Assembly (NCBI GenBank): GCA_947478975.1
Contig: CANJYI010000001.1
Span: forward strand, 1 to 30,980
From: Chthoniobacteraceae bacterium
GTDB taxonomy: Bacteria > Verrucomicrobiota > Verrucomicrobiia > Chthoniobacterales > Chthoniobacteraceae
DNA length: 30,980 bases
Direction: 5' to 3'
This document shows positions 8,997 through 17,119 of the stretch, piece after piece (positions within the stretch are counted from its first letter, which is position 1; the number at the start of each line of letters is the position of its first letter). A program made the translations under genes and the position numbers. The notes below the pieces were generated by a model, which saw only the letters and a program-made list of their open reading frames with translations, had not been told where the DNA came from and made no database searches.

Positions 8997-10142
8997 TTAG
9001 CGGACCAGGGCGAGAATCGCGGCGGTGATGAAGATGTTCACCAGAGCGATTTCAAAGAGGTAGAGCCAGCCGAGCTTCATCAACTGGTCGAAGCGGAAAC
9101 GCGGAAGCGTCCACCGAACCCAGATGAAGATACCCAACAGGACGGCCACCTTTGCAAAGAAGGCGGTGATGTGGACGAGGCCGAGGACCGCACCTGGCGC
9201 GGTCATGGAGGACTCCAGGGTGTTGACCGGCAGGAAGGGGATGTGCCAACCGCCGAGGAAGAGGACGGTGATCACCGAGGAACCCGCGATCATCGCGGCG
9301 TACTCGCCCAAGAAGAAGAGGGCGAATTTCATCGAGGAATACTCGGTATGGTACCCCGCCACGAGTTCGGTTTCGGACTCAGGCAAGTCGAAGGGGAGGC
9401 GGTTGGTCTCGGCGAACATCGAGATCGAAAAAACGATGAAGGAGATCAGTACGGGCACCCACAAGAGCAACTCGCGGAGGGTGAGGTTCCCATCGGTGAA
9501 AGGCAGCAGCAGCCAGCCGTTTTTGACTTGGTAGTCAATCGCGTCGGAGAGGTTCAGGTTGCCCAGAATCATCAGTACCGGCACGGCGCTCAGGCCGAGG
9601 GAGAGCTCGTAGCTGATCATCTGCGAGGAGGCGCGGATGCCGCCCAGAAAGGGGTACTTGGAATTGGAGGACCACCCCGCCAGCACGATGCCGTAGACGC
9701 CGATGGAGGCAATGGCGAATACGTAGAGAATCCCGACGTTCACGTCGGCGACGACCATCTTCTGGCCGAACATGTAGTTGCCGAACGGAAGGACGGCCAA
9801 GGTGGAAAGGGCGGGGACCATCGCAAGGACGGGCGCCATCCAGAAGTAGACCTTATTGACGTGGCCGGGGGTGAAGTCCTCCTTGAGCAGAAACTTCACT
9901 GCGTCGGCGATGGGCTGTCCCAAGCCGCCGAGCACCAGCTGCAAATCCTTCTTGAAGCCGAAGAGGGAGATTGGGAAGCCGGTCCGGTTCGGGCCGAGGC
10001 GGTCCTGAATCAGTGCACTCACGCGGCGTTCTGCGTACACCGTGTAGGACACCAGCGGCAGCACCACGAGGAAGATAAGGAAGAGCGTTTTCGCCACCGA
10101 GGCGGCTATCAGGAACCAGGGAATGTCGTTGAGGAGTGCCAT
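8997..10142 (-). CDS. nuoH: NADH-quinone oxidoreductase subunit H
   Basis: ERRVSALIQDRLGPNR, QMISYELS, AETNRLPFDLPESETELVAGYHTEYS, RWTLPRFRFDQLM. Confidence 0.97.
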   Translation of the reverse strand: MALLNDIPWFLIAASVAKTLFLIFLVVLPLVSYTVYAERRVSALIQDRLGPNRTGFPISLFGFKKDLQLVLGGLGQPIADAVKFLLKEDFTPGHVNKVYFWMAPVLAMVPALSTLAVLPFGNYMFGQKMVVADVNVGILYVFAIASIGVYGIVLAGWSSNSKYPFLGGIRASSQMISYELSLGLSAVPVLMILGNLNLSDAIDYQVKNGWLLLPFTDGNLTLRELLLWVPVLISFIVFSISMFAETNRLPFDLPESETELVAGYHTEYSSMKFALFFLGEYAAMIAGSSVITVLFLGGWHIPFLPVNTLESSMTAPGAVLGLVHITAFFAKVAVLLGIFIWVRWTLPRFRFDQLMKLGWLYLFEIALVNIFITAAILALVR

Positions 10143-10152
10143 GGAGCGTTGC

Positions 10153-11799
10153 TTAAACGGTTGCGGCGGCGGTCTCGGGCTTGGGGAGCAGTTGCACGCC
10201 CAGGTCGCCGATCTTGCTCAAGTTGAGTCCGGCGAACGCCGGGATGTCCTGCGACATGGCCCGGAAAACGTCTTCGATCTCGTGGAAGGCCACAGGCGCA
10301 CCGCTGGCCACTACCAGGTCGCGGAGAATCTCCCAGTCGTCTCGGGCTTCCCCGGCGGGTTCCACCGCCTTGTTGAGGCGCTGGAGGCGTCCGTGGATGT
10401 TGATCATCGAGCCGCGCTTCTCCGCCCAAGCCGCCCCCGGCAGCACGATGTGCGCCGCCCTTGTGGTGTCATTGGGCAGGATGGACGTCGCCACCAAGGC
10501 CTTGAGTTTCTTCAAGTCTGCTGGATTGAATCCGCACTCGGAAAGGTCTTCGCCGAGGCAGATCAGCCCCTGAATCGCTCCGCTGCGCACGCCCGCTACA
10601 ATTTCGGCGAGCCGTTTGCCGGGCTCCTTGCCTGTGGCTCCGAGCAACTGGGCGCCGGCAGTGTTTGGGTTGCGATCGGCGGGGATCAGGATTCCGTCGG
10701 GTTCGCCGAGGCGTGGCACGACGTCGTGGATGGACACCTTGAGTGCCGTGGAAAGCAACTGTGCGAGGTAGAGTTCCTCGTTGGTGAGGCGCGCGGAGAG
10801 CACCATCGCTAGGGGACCGGCGGCCTTCAGGCTGGAAACGGCCGCGGAAACGGCCTCGGACCAGGGCATCTGGTGGCCGTCCACCGAGGGATGCAGGAGG
10901 CGGCGCTCGTCCTGAAGGTATTTGAAATTGAGCCGGTGCGAGTCCGGAATCCAGTTGCCGTTGACGTCGTTGTTTTCGCGAGGGGTGATCCGGTAGACGT
11001 GGTTTTCGCGGGAACCGATCAGAATGTTGCACCCGAGACCGTCGTTGACGTCGATGGACTTGGTTTCCTTGAGGAACCAGACCCGCATCTTAAAGCGGAA
11101 ATCCGTGGAGGTCAGGGCGCCGACGGGGCAGATGTCGACGGTGTTGAGTGAGTAGTTGCTCTCCAGTGTCTTGTCCGGATGGCAGGCGATGGTCGAAAAG
11201 CCCCCGCGGTCGACGAAGCCGAGCACGTCGTCCTTGGCGACCTCTTTCATGAAACGGATGCAGCGGGAGCAGAGCACGCAACGCTCCGCATCCAGTGTCA
11301 CCCTCGGCCCGAGTTCGACGTTCTTCGGTTTTTTGACTTTCCGCTCCAGAAAGCGGGACTCGGCGTTGCCGTATTCCACGGAAAACTCCTGCAGGCGGCA
11401 TTCCCCGGCCTGATCGCAGATGGGGCAGTCCAGCGGATGATTGATGAGGAGGAACTCCATGACGCCTTTGCGGCATTCCTGCACCATCGGAGAGTCGGTG
11501 CGGACACCGAGGCCTTCGGAAACATCCTGCGCGCAGGAGATCTGCGGGCGCGGGATCCAGCCGATTTCGGGCCTGCCGTCCGGCCCGAGGATGGGCTTGC
11601 GGTCCGGCGTCATCTTGGGCATGCCCATCTCAATGAGACACATGCGGCAATTCCCCGGGACCGACAGCTTCGGGTGGTAGCAATAACGGGGGATGAACTT
11701 GCCGGCTTGGGAGCAGGCGTCGATCACCTTGGTTCCCTTGGGAAATTGCATCCACACGCCGTCGATCTGGACGTTGAGGAGCGGTACTTCTGTGCTCAT
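10153..11799 (-). CDS. nuoG: NADH-quinone oxidoreductase subunit G (short form, 548 aa)
   Basis: N1b ligands C40/C51/C54/C89, HPLDCPICDQAGEC (N5), CVLCSRC...CPVGAL (N4), followed by a shortened molybdopterin-oxidoreductase-like domain. Confidence 0.93.
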   Translation of the reverse strand: MSTEVPLLNVQIDGVWMQFPKGTKVIDACSQAGKFIPRYCYHPKLSVPGNCRMCLIEMGMPKMTPDRKPILGPDGRPEIGWIPRPQISCAQDVSEGLGVRTDSPMVQECRKGVMEFLLINHPLDCPICDQAGECRLQEFSVEYGNAESRFLERKVKKPKNVELGPRVTLDAERCVLCSRCIRFMKEVAKDDVLGFVDRGGFSTIACHPDKTLESNYSLNTVDICPVGALTSTDFRFKMRVWFLKETKSIDVNDGLGCNILIGSRENHVYRITPRENNDVNGNWIPDSHRLNFKYLQDERRLLHPSVDGHQMPWSEAVSAAVSSLKAAGPLAMVLSARLTNEELYLAQLLSTALKVSIHDVVPRLGEPDGILIPADRNPNTAGAQLLGATGKEPGKRLAEIVAGVRSGAIQGLICLGEDLSECGFNPADLKKLKALVATSILPNDTTRAAHIVLPGAAWAEKRGSMINIHGRLQRLNKAVEPAGEARDDWEILRDLVVASGAPVAFHEIEDVFRAMSQDIPAFAGLNLSKIGDLGVQLLPKPETAAATV

Positions 11800-11817
11800 G
11801 GTGCGGCGGAAAATGGG

Positions 11818-13845
11818 TTAGCGGGTGGCGGCTGGCGCCATGATTTCGTGACCGTTTCCGCGGGGGGCGGCAACGGCGGGAATGGAGTCGTGGGCGATCA
11901 ACTCGTCCCGGGTGTATTCGGGCGGCATCGGCGGCGGGACGGCCTTGTGGGACTTGGCCGAGAATTCCTCCTTGAACTTCGCGAGGAAGCTTTGGGTCGG
12001 CCAGGAACAGGCTTCGCCGAAGGCGCAGATGGTTTTTCCCGCGATGTTGTCCGCCACGTTTTTGAGCGTTTCGGGGTCCTTGTCGACGCCCCCGCCCGCC
12101 ACAATGCGGTCGGTGATCTTCTTCATCCACTGTGCGCCCTCGCGACAGGGAGTGCACTGGCCGCAGGACTCGTGCGCGTAAAACTCGTTAATGTTATTGA
12201 GGATTTCCACCATGTTGCGGGTGTCGTCCATGACGATCACTCCGCCGCTGCCCGCCATCGAGCCGGCGGCCGCAAGGGAGTCGAAGTCCATCGGAAGGTC
12301 CTCGAGGGCGACTTCCTTGTCCTTGATTTTGTACTTTTCGCCAGCGCGCAACACCTTCGCCGAACTGCCTCCGGGGATGACCCCCTTGAGCGTGCGGCCC
12401 GGCTTCATGCCGCCGCAGATCTCGTTGATGAGTTCGCCGAGGGTCACGCTTCCAACGGCCACCTCGTAGTAACCGGGGCGTTGCACGTCACCGGAGACGC
12501 ACAGGATGCGGGTGCCGGTGTTGTTTGGGCGCCCGATCTTGGCGTACTCCTCGCCGCCCATCTGGACGATGTGTTTAACGTGGCAGAGGGTCTCGACGTT
12601 GTTGACGATCGTCGGGCACTGGTAGAGGCCGAGCACTGCAGGAAAGTAAGGGGGCTTGATGCGGGGATAAGGGCGCTTGCCCTCCAGCGACTCGATCAAA
12701 CCGGTTTCCTCGCCGCAGATGTAGGCGCCCGCGCCGCGGTGCACATAGATCTCCAAATCAAACCCGGAACCGAGGATGTTTTTGCCGAGGAATCCCTTGG
12801 CCTTCGCCTCGGCAATCGCCTTTTCGAGGATCGCTGCTCCCTCGGGAAATTCGCCGCGGATGTAGAGATAAGCGAGGTGTGCGTCCACCGTGAAGCAGGA
12901 GATGATCATCCCTTCGATCAACTGGTGCGGATCCTGGTGGATGATGTAGCGGTCCTTGAACGTCCCGGGCTCCGACTCGTCTGCGTTGCAGATGAGGTAG
13001 GTGGGCTTGGGACCGCCCCGCTTGATGAAGCTCCACTTTGTGCCGCATGGGAAACCGGCGCCACCGCGGCCGCGGAGGCCACTTTTTTTGACCTCGTCCA
13101 GAATTTCCTCCGGCTTCATTCCGAGCGCCTTCTTGAGGTCGCCGTAGCCGCCCCCGGCAACGTAGGTCTCGATGTCGTTTCCGCGTCCGGGAACGTCGAT
13201 GGTCTTGAAAATGAGGCGGTGCTCCCGCGGATGCGGCGCAGCCGTATTTACGCGGGTGGCCTGCGAAGTGGTGGTTTTCCACAGGCTGGCGGCGTCCTGG
13301 ATCCGGACGTTTTCCTGAAAATTGTCGTTCACCATCACCACGGGGGCCGAGCCGCAGGAGGCGAGACATTCGACAAACTCGATGGAGTAGTTGCCGTCCG
13401 GACTGGTTGCAATCGGATTGCCGTGGCCCGGGTTGTGGACTGCGTGGCCGGTGAGCTTGGAGGGGGAGTTGGAGTGGCCATCGTCACCGTGACCATGCCC
13501 GTTCATGTGCTCGTTCCAGGTGGCGATGTCTATGCCGCCTTCCTTCGCGAGGGCATCGCGCAGCGCGTAGCTGCCCGCCATGGCGCAGGATAGCGTCCGG
13601 CAGACGCGGATGTGGGTCTTGCCGGCGGGTTCCCTGCGGAACATCGGATAGAAGGTGACCAGTTCCAGAACATTGATCGGCTGGAGCTCCAGCTTGGCTG
13701 CAATCCAGGAAACCGCTGCGTCCGACACAAATCCGAAGTGTTCCTGCCACAAGTGGAGCAGGGGCAGGGACGCGCTCCGTTTTGAGACCGGGTAGTGCGT
13801 GATTGCTTCGTCAATCTGAGCCAGGAGGTCTGCCGGAATGGTCAT
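11818..13845 (-). CDS. nuoEF: Fused NADH-quinone oxidoreductase subunits E and F
   Basis: N-terminal NuoE (CRTLSC...CLASC, C82/87/160/164) is in frame with NuoF (GLRGRGGAGFP, CNADESEPGTFKDR, YICGEETGL, ESCGQCTPCREG...TICAF). No stop in between. Confidence 0.95.
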   Translation of the reverse strand: MTIPADLLAQIDEAITHYPVSKRSASLPLLHLWQEHFGFVSDAAVSWIAAKLELQPINVLELVTFYPMFRREPAGKTHIRVCRTLSCAMAGSYALRDALAKEGGIDIATWNEHMNGHGHGDDGHSNSPSKLTGHAVHNPGHGNPIATSPDGNYSIEFVECLASCGSAPVVMVNDNFQENVRIQDAASLWKTTTSQATRVNTAAPHPREHRLIFKTIDVPGRGNDIETYVAGGGYGDLKKALGMKPEEILDEVKKSGLRGRGGAGFPCGTKWSFIKRGGPKPTYLICNADESEPGTFKDRYIIHQDPHQLIEGMIISCFTVDAHLAYLYIRGEFPEGAAILEKAIAEAKAKGFLGKNILGSGFDLEIYVHRGAGAYICGEETGLIESLEGKRPYPRIKPPYFPAVLGLYQCPTIVNNVETLCHVKHIVQMGGEEYAKIGRPNNTGTRILCVSGDVQRPGYYEVAVGSVTLGELINEICGGMKPGRTLKGVIPGGSSAKVLRAGEKYKIKDKEVALEDLPMDFDSLAAAGSMAGSGGVIVMDDTRNMVEILNNINEFYAHESCGQCTPCREGAQWMKKITDRIVAGGGVDKDPETLKNVADNIAGKTICAFGEACSWPTQSFLAKFKEEFSAKSHKAVPPPMPPEYTRDELIAHDSIPAVAAPRGNGHEIMAPAATR

Positions 13846-14207
13846 GGTTTTTTGGGTTCCTGCTCCGGTGGGTGGTTCCAGCCGGGGACTCGGTTAATCA
13901 ATTTATTGTCGAAGAAATGCAGCTCAATCGTCTTGCCGTCCTGTTCGTAGTAATAACGGGTAAGACCGACTTCTTTCTTTTGAGTTTCCAATTCTATCGT
14001 CGCGTTCTCCACCCGGTCGGGCGGTCCCAGGATGCTTTCGACCTCCTTGGGGGAGAGGGTTTTTTTTCCCGTTTTCTCGAGTTTTTCGAACCGTGTGTTG
14101 ACCGCATCAATGTTGGACTGGGAAATCTCGGGCTTGCAGCTGCACAGTCCCAACAGGGAAAAGCACAGGAGCGCTGCCGGCAGGGAGATGTGCATCACAC
14201 TGTTCAC
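13842..14207 (-). CDS. Putative lipoprotein within the nuo operon (SmpA/BamE-like motif)
   Basis: Hydrophobic leader ending in lipobox-like LCSC; LSPKEVESILGPP resembles the SmpA/BamE 'MT..QV...LG.P' motif. GTG abuts the nuoD stop and TGA overlaps the nuoEF ATG. Alternative ATG at 14195. Confidence 0.75.
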   Translation of the reverse strand: MNSVMHISLPAALLCFSLLGLCSCKPEISQSNIDAVNTRFEKLEKTGKKTLSPKEVESILGPPDRVENATIELETQKKEVGLTRYYYEQDGKTIELHFFDNKLINRVPGWNHPPEQEPKKP

Positions 14208-15491
14208 TTACCGGTCGCATTCCCCCATGACGAAGTCCAGCGAGCCCAGAATGGCCACCACGTCGCTCATAAAGTGTCCGGGCAGCAGCTTGGGCAGGAT
14301 GCTCAGATTCACAAACGAGGGAGCGCGAATCTTGAGCCGGTGGGGCACTCCTCCGCCCTTGGATTGGATGTAAAAGCCCAGCTCCCCCTTGGGGTTTTCC
14401 GCCCCGAAGTACACTTCCCCCGGAGGCGCCTTGAGGCCTTCGGTGTGCAGGATGAAGTGATGGATCAACTCCTCCATCTTGGTCATGACCGAAGTCTTGG
14501 CGGGCGGGAGGTTTTTCGGGTCCGAAACAGTGATCGGGCCGGAGGGAAGCTTGTCCAGCGCTTGGCGCAGGATGTGCACCGACTGGCGCATTTCCTCCAC
14601 CCGGCACAGGTACCGGTCGTAGCAATCCCCGGCTGATCCTACGGGGATGTCAAAATCGTACTGTTCGTAGCCAAGATAGGGGTGGCGCTTGCGCAGATCG
14701 TGGTCGACGCCGGATCCCCGCAGGTTGGGGCCGCTTATCCCGAACGAAATGGCGTCCTCTTTTGAAATGCAGCCCACGTCCTTGGTGCGGTCCACGAAAA
14801 TGCGGTTCCTGGAGAGGAGTCCGTCCACTTCGTCCAAGGACGGGGGGAATTCCTCCAAGAACTTGCGAACCATCGGAAAGAAAGCCTCCGGAAGGTCGCG
14901 GGTCATCCCTCCAATGCGGGTGTAGCTGGTGGTGAAACGGGCGCCTGAGATCACCTCGCACAGGTTGTAAATCTTTTCGCGCTCCGTGAAGGTGTACATG
15001 AACACCGTGAGCGCGCCCGTATCCATGGCGAAGGCGCCAAGGCCGAGCAAATGGGACGAAATCCGTGCAAGCTCACAGCAGATGACCCGGATGGCCTGAC
15101 CGCGCGGCGGCAGTTCCCAGCCCATGAGCTTCTCGACAGCCATCGCGTAGGCGACGTTGTTGGCCAGTGGCGCCAGGTAATCCAACCGGTCCGTGTAGGG
15201 CACGAACTGGTTGTATGTCATGTTTTCGGCGATTTTTTCGTCGCCCCGGTGCAGGTAACCCAGATCGGGGGTGGCCTTGGTGATGAGCTCGCCGTCCATT
15301 TCGAGCACCAGCCGGAGTACCCCGTGGGTGGCCGGGTGAGACGGCCCCATGTTCAAGACCAGCTTTTCCCCGAGCAGGTCGGGGGAGAGCGCTCCGGCTG
15401 TGGCAAGCGATCCAGATGCAAGTTTCTGGAGGCCGACCTCGGTTTTGGCCAAAGCATCGGGCTGTTCGAACGGCTGGGTAGTGTGAGCCAT
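14208..15491 (-). CDS. nuoD: NADH-quinone oxidoreductase subunit D
   Basis: LNMGPSHPATHGVLRL, GYLHRG, YTDRLDYL, ENPKGELG, RAPSF...GSLDFVMGECDR. Confidence 0.97.
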   Translation of the reverse strand: MAHTTQPFEQPDALAKTEVGLQKLASGSLATAGALSPDLLGEKLVLNMGPSHPATHGVLRLVLEMDGELITKATPDLGYLHRGDEKIAENMTYNQFVPYTDRLDYLAPLANNVAYAMAVEKLMGWELPPRGQAIRVICCELARISSHLLGLGAFAMDTGALTVFMYTFTEREKIYNLCEVISGARFTTSYTRIGGMTRDLPEAFFPMVRKFLEEFPPSLDEVDGLLSRNRIFVDRTKDVGCISKEDAISFGISGPNLRGSGVDHDLRKRHPYLGYEQYDFDIPVGSAGDCYDRYLCRVEEMRQSVHILRQALDKLPSGPITVSDPKNLPPAKTSVMTKMEELIHHFILHTEGLKAPPGEVYFGAENPKGELGFYIQSKGGGVPHRLKIRAPSFVNLSILPKLLPGHFMSDVVAILGSLDFVMGECDR

Positions 15492-15558
15492 AGATTAAGC
15501 GCTAAACGCGCCAAGGTAGAGACGGTAGAGACGTCCGGAAGAGCCCAGCAAGCCGAAT

Positions 15559-15576
15559 TTGTGAAATGTTTCACAA
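15559..15576. promoter_or_regulatory. Palindromic operator TTGTGAAATGTTTCACAA (Rex-box / CRP-family consensus)
   Basis: Perfect 8-2-8 inverted repeat 67 nt upstream of the nuoD ATG. Matches Rex TTGTGAA-N4-TTCACAA and CRP TGTGA-N6-TCACA. Confidence 0.75.
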
Positions 15577-15661
15577 TCTCCCAGCGGTTCCGTGATGTGG
15601 CGTTGGATTTCCGTTTTTGCTTTCCCCTGTTTTGTGTCTGAAAATCAGCTGTGTTTTCCTT

Positions 15662-16501
15662 ATGATGAACCGTCGCGTTTTTCTCAGTTCCGCCCTGGGC
15701 GGTTTGGGGCTTGGAGGCCTGGGGGCTCTCGTTGAGGAGTCCTCAAAGTTGAGTATCGAGCGGGTGGTGGCATCCATTCCGAGGCTCAAGACAGGGTTAG
15801 AAGGGTTACGTATCGCAGCTCTGAGTGACTTTCACCTGTATCCCTTCACTCCACTGTCCTTTTTGAAACGCGCGGTTGAGGCGGCCAACAGTCTGCGTCC
15901 GGACCTGACCGTCCTGCTGGGAGACTTTGTAGATCAGACGCTGGAGGCCATGGACGAACTGGGGCCGCTGCTCGGAACGCTTAATGCGAAACTCGGGGTT
16001 TTCGCAGTGCTGGGAAACCACGACCACCGCAAGGGCGCCTGCAGGGTGGAGGAGCGCTTGGCCAGCGAGGGTATCAAGGTTCTCTCAAATCGGAGCGTCT
16101 TGCTGGAGTGGGGGAATGCACGTCTCCACCTTGCAGGTGTGGATTCCATTTCCGGAAGGTTCGATCTTCGTTCGGCTTTAAGCGGTTCTCGGGAAGACAC
16201 GCCGACCCTCCTTCTTGCTCACGAACCCGATGTTGCCGATGCCGCGCTAAGGGACGGTCGGGTTTCGATGCAGCTTTCCGGCCACAGCCACGGCGGACAA
16301 ATCCGGGTGCCGGGGCTCGGGCATTACGGACTGCCTCTGGGAGCTAGAAAATACCCGTTTGGGAGCTACCAGCTTGAGGGGCTGTTTCTGCACACCAGCC
16401 GCGGCTTGGGCACAACGGGAGCTCCCATCCGCTTGGGGAGCACGCCGGAGGTATCCGAGGTGTTGTTGGTGGCTAAAAAAGACCTTCCCATGCCAGCGTG
16501 A
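15662..16501 (+). CDS. Calcineurin-like metallophosphoesterase (YkuE/YaeI/LpxG-like)
   Basis: SDFH, GDFVD, LGNHD, GHSHGGQ motifs. N-terminus MMNRRVFL followed by a Gly/Leu-rich stretch (Tat-like). ATG at 15662/15665 preferred over the TTG at 15617. Confidence 0.88.
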   Translation: MMNRRVFLSSALGGLGLGGLGALVEESSKLSIERVVASIPRLKTGLEGLRIAALSDFHLYPFTPLSFLKRAVEAANSLRPDLTVLLGDFVDQTLEAMDELGPLLGTLNAKLGVFAVLGNHDHRKGACRVEERLASEGIKVLSNRSVLLEWGNARLHLAGVDSISGRFDLRSALSGSREDTPTLLLAHEPDVADAALRDGRVSMQLSGHSHGGQIRVPGLGHYGLPLGARKYPFGSYQLEGLFLHTSRGLGTTGAPIRLGSTPEVSEVLLVAKKDLPMPA

Positions 16502-16519
16502 GGCGACAAGTGCCCCTGC

Positions 16520-17119
16520 TCAATCCAGCGGCAGTTCCTTCTGGACGACCCTGGACAGGTTGAAGCGTTTGTCATAACGGCCACCGCTGTGGGTTTGACA
16601 ACACTTGAGACAGGCTGCCGGGCGCCTGAAAAGGCGGACCCGCTCGACTTTGGCTGCGCAGGAGGGACATTGGTAGACGAACCGGCGGACCATTTTGCGC
16701 CTGGGCAGCGGCAGATCGTGGCAGCGGGCCTCGTTGTCCATGCCCAAGTCTGCGCAGGCCTTGCGCCATTCGGGACCGTGCGGGGAAATGCGCCGTCGGC
16801 CGCAACGGTGGTGCGCAACAAGGTGGGCGAGTTCGTGCAGCAGGGTACGCTCCACCTCGACCCATCCAAAACTCGCCAGTTTTGGGTTCAACACGATTTG
16901 GGAGCTGTTCGGATAGGCCAGCCCCGCGGTGCTGCGCATTCTGGAATTCCATTGCACCGTGAGCTTCACCGCCAACGACTCCAAGCCGAGACCCACAAGA
17001 GCCGCCTTTGCGAAAAGGGCCAGATCCTGAGCGTCACCCGCTGGTTCGGCCTGCGCCGAGGAGTCTCGTCCGGGGCTAGAGTTGGCTGATATGCGTTTTT
17101 GAAAAGAAGAAGGTGTCAT
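16520..17119 (-). CDS. SprT-like zinc metalloprotease
   Basis: WNSRMRSTAG, LLHELAH (HExxH), HGPEW, C-terminal CPSC...CLKC zinc-ribbon cysteines. Confidence 0.88.
   Translation of the reverse strand: MTPSSFQKRISANSSPGRDSSAQAEPAGDAQDLALFAKAALVGLGLESLAVKLTVQWNSRMRSTAGLAYPNSSQIVLNPKLASFGWVEVERTLLHELAHLVAHHRCGRRRISPHGPEWRKACADLGMDNEARCHDLPLPRRKMVRRFVYQCPSCAAKVERVRLFRRPAACLKCCQTHSGGRYDKRFNLSRVVQKELPLD

Noticed and set aside
11179-13593. 804-aa plus-strand ORF, and similar long antisense ORFs (1291-2412, 6048-6875, 7273-8415, 9171-10226, 25592-26614, 26732-28015, 29259-30557)
   Set aside because: They lie antisense to genes with clear family motifs and have no motifs of their own; typical shadow ORFs of high-GC coding DNA.
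15515-15532. Tandem GGTAGAGAC x2 upstream of nuoD
   Set aside because: Only two 9-bp copies; consistent with slippage, and no function can be supported.
15617-15661. TTG start for the metallophosphoesterase
   Set aside because: The RRxFL leader begins right after ATG 15662/15665.
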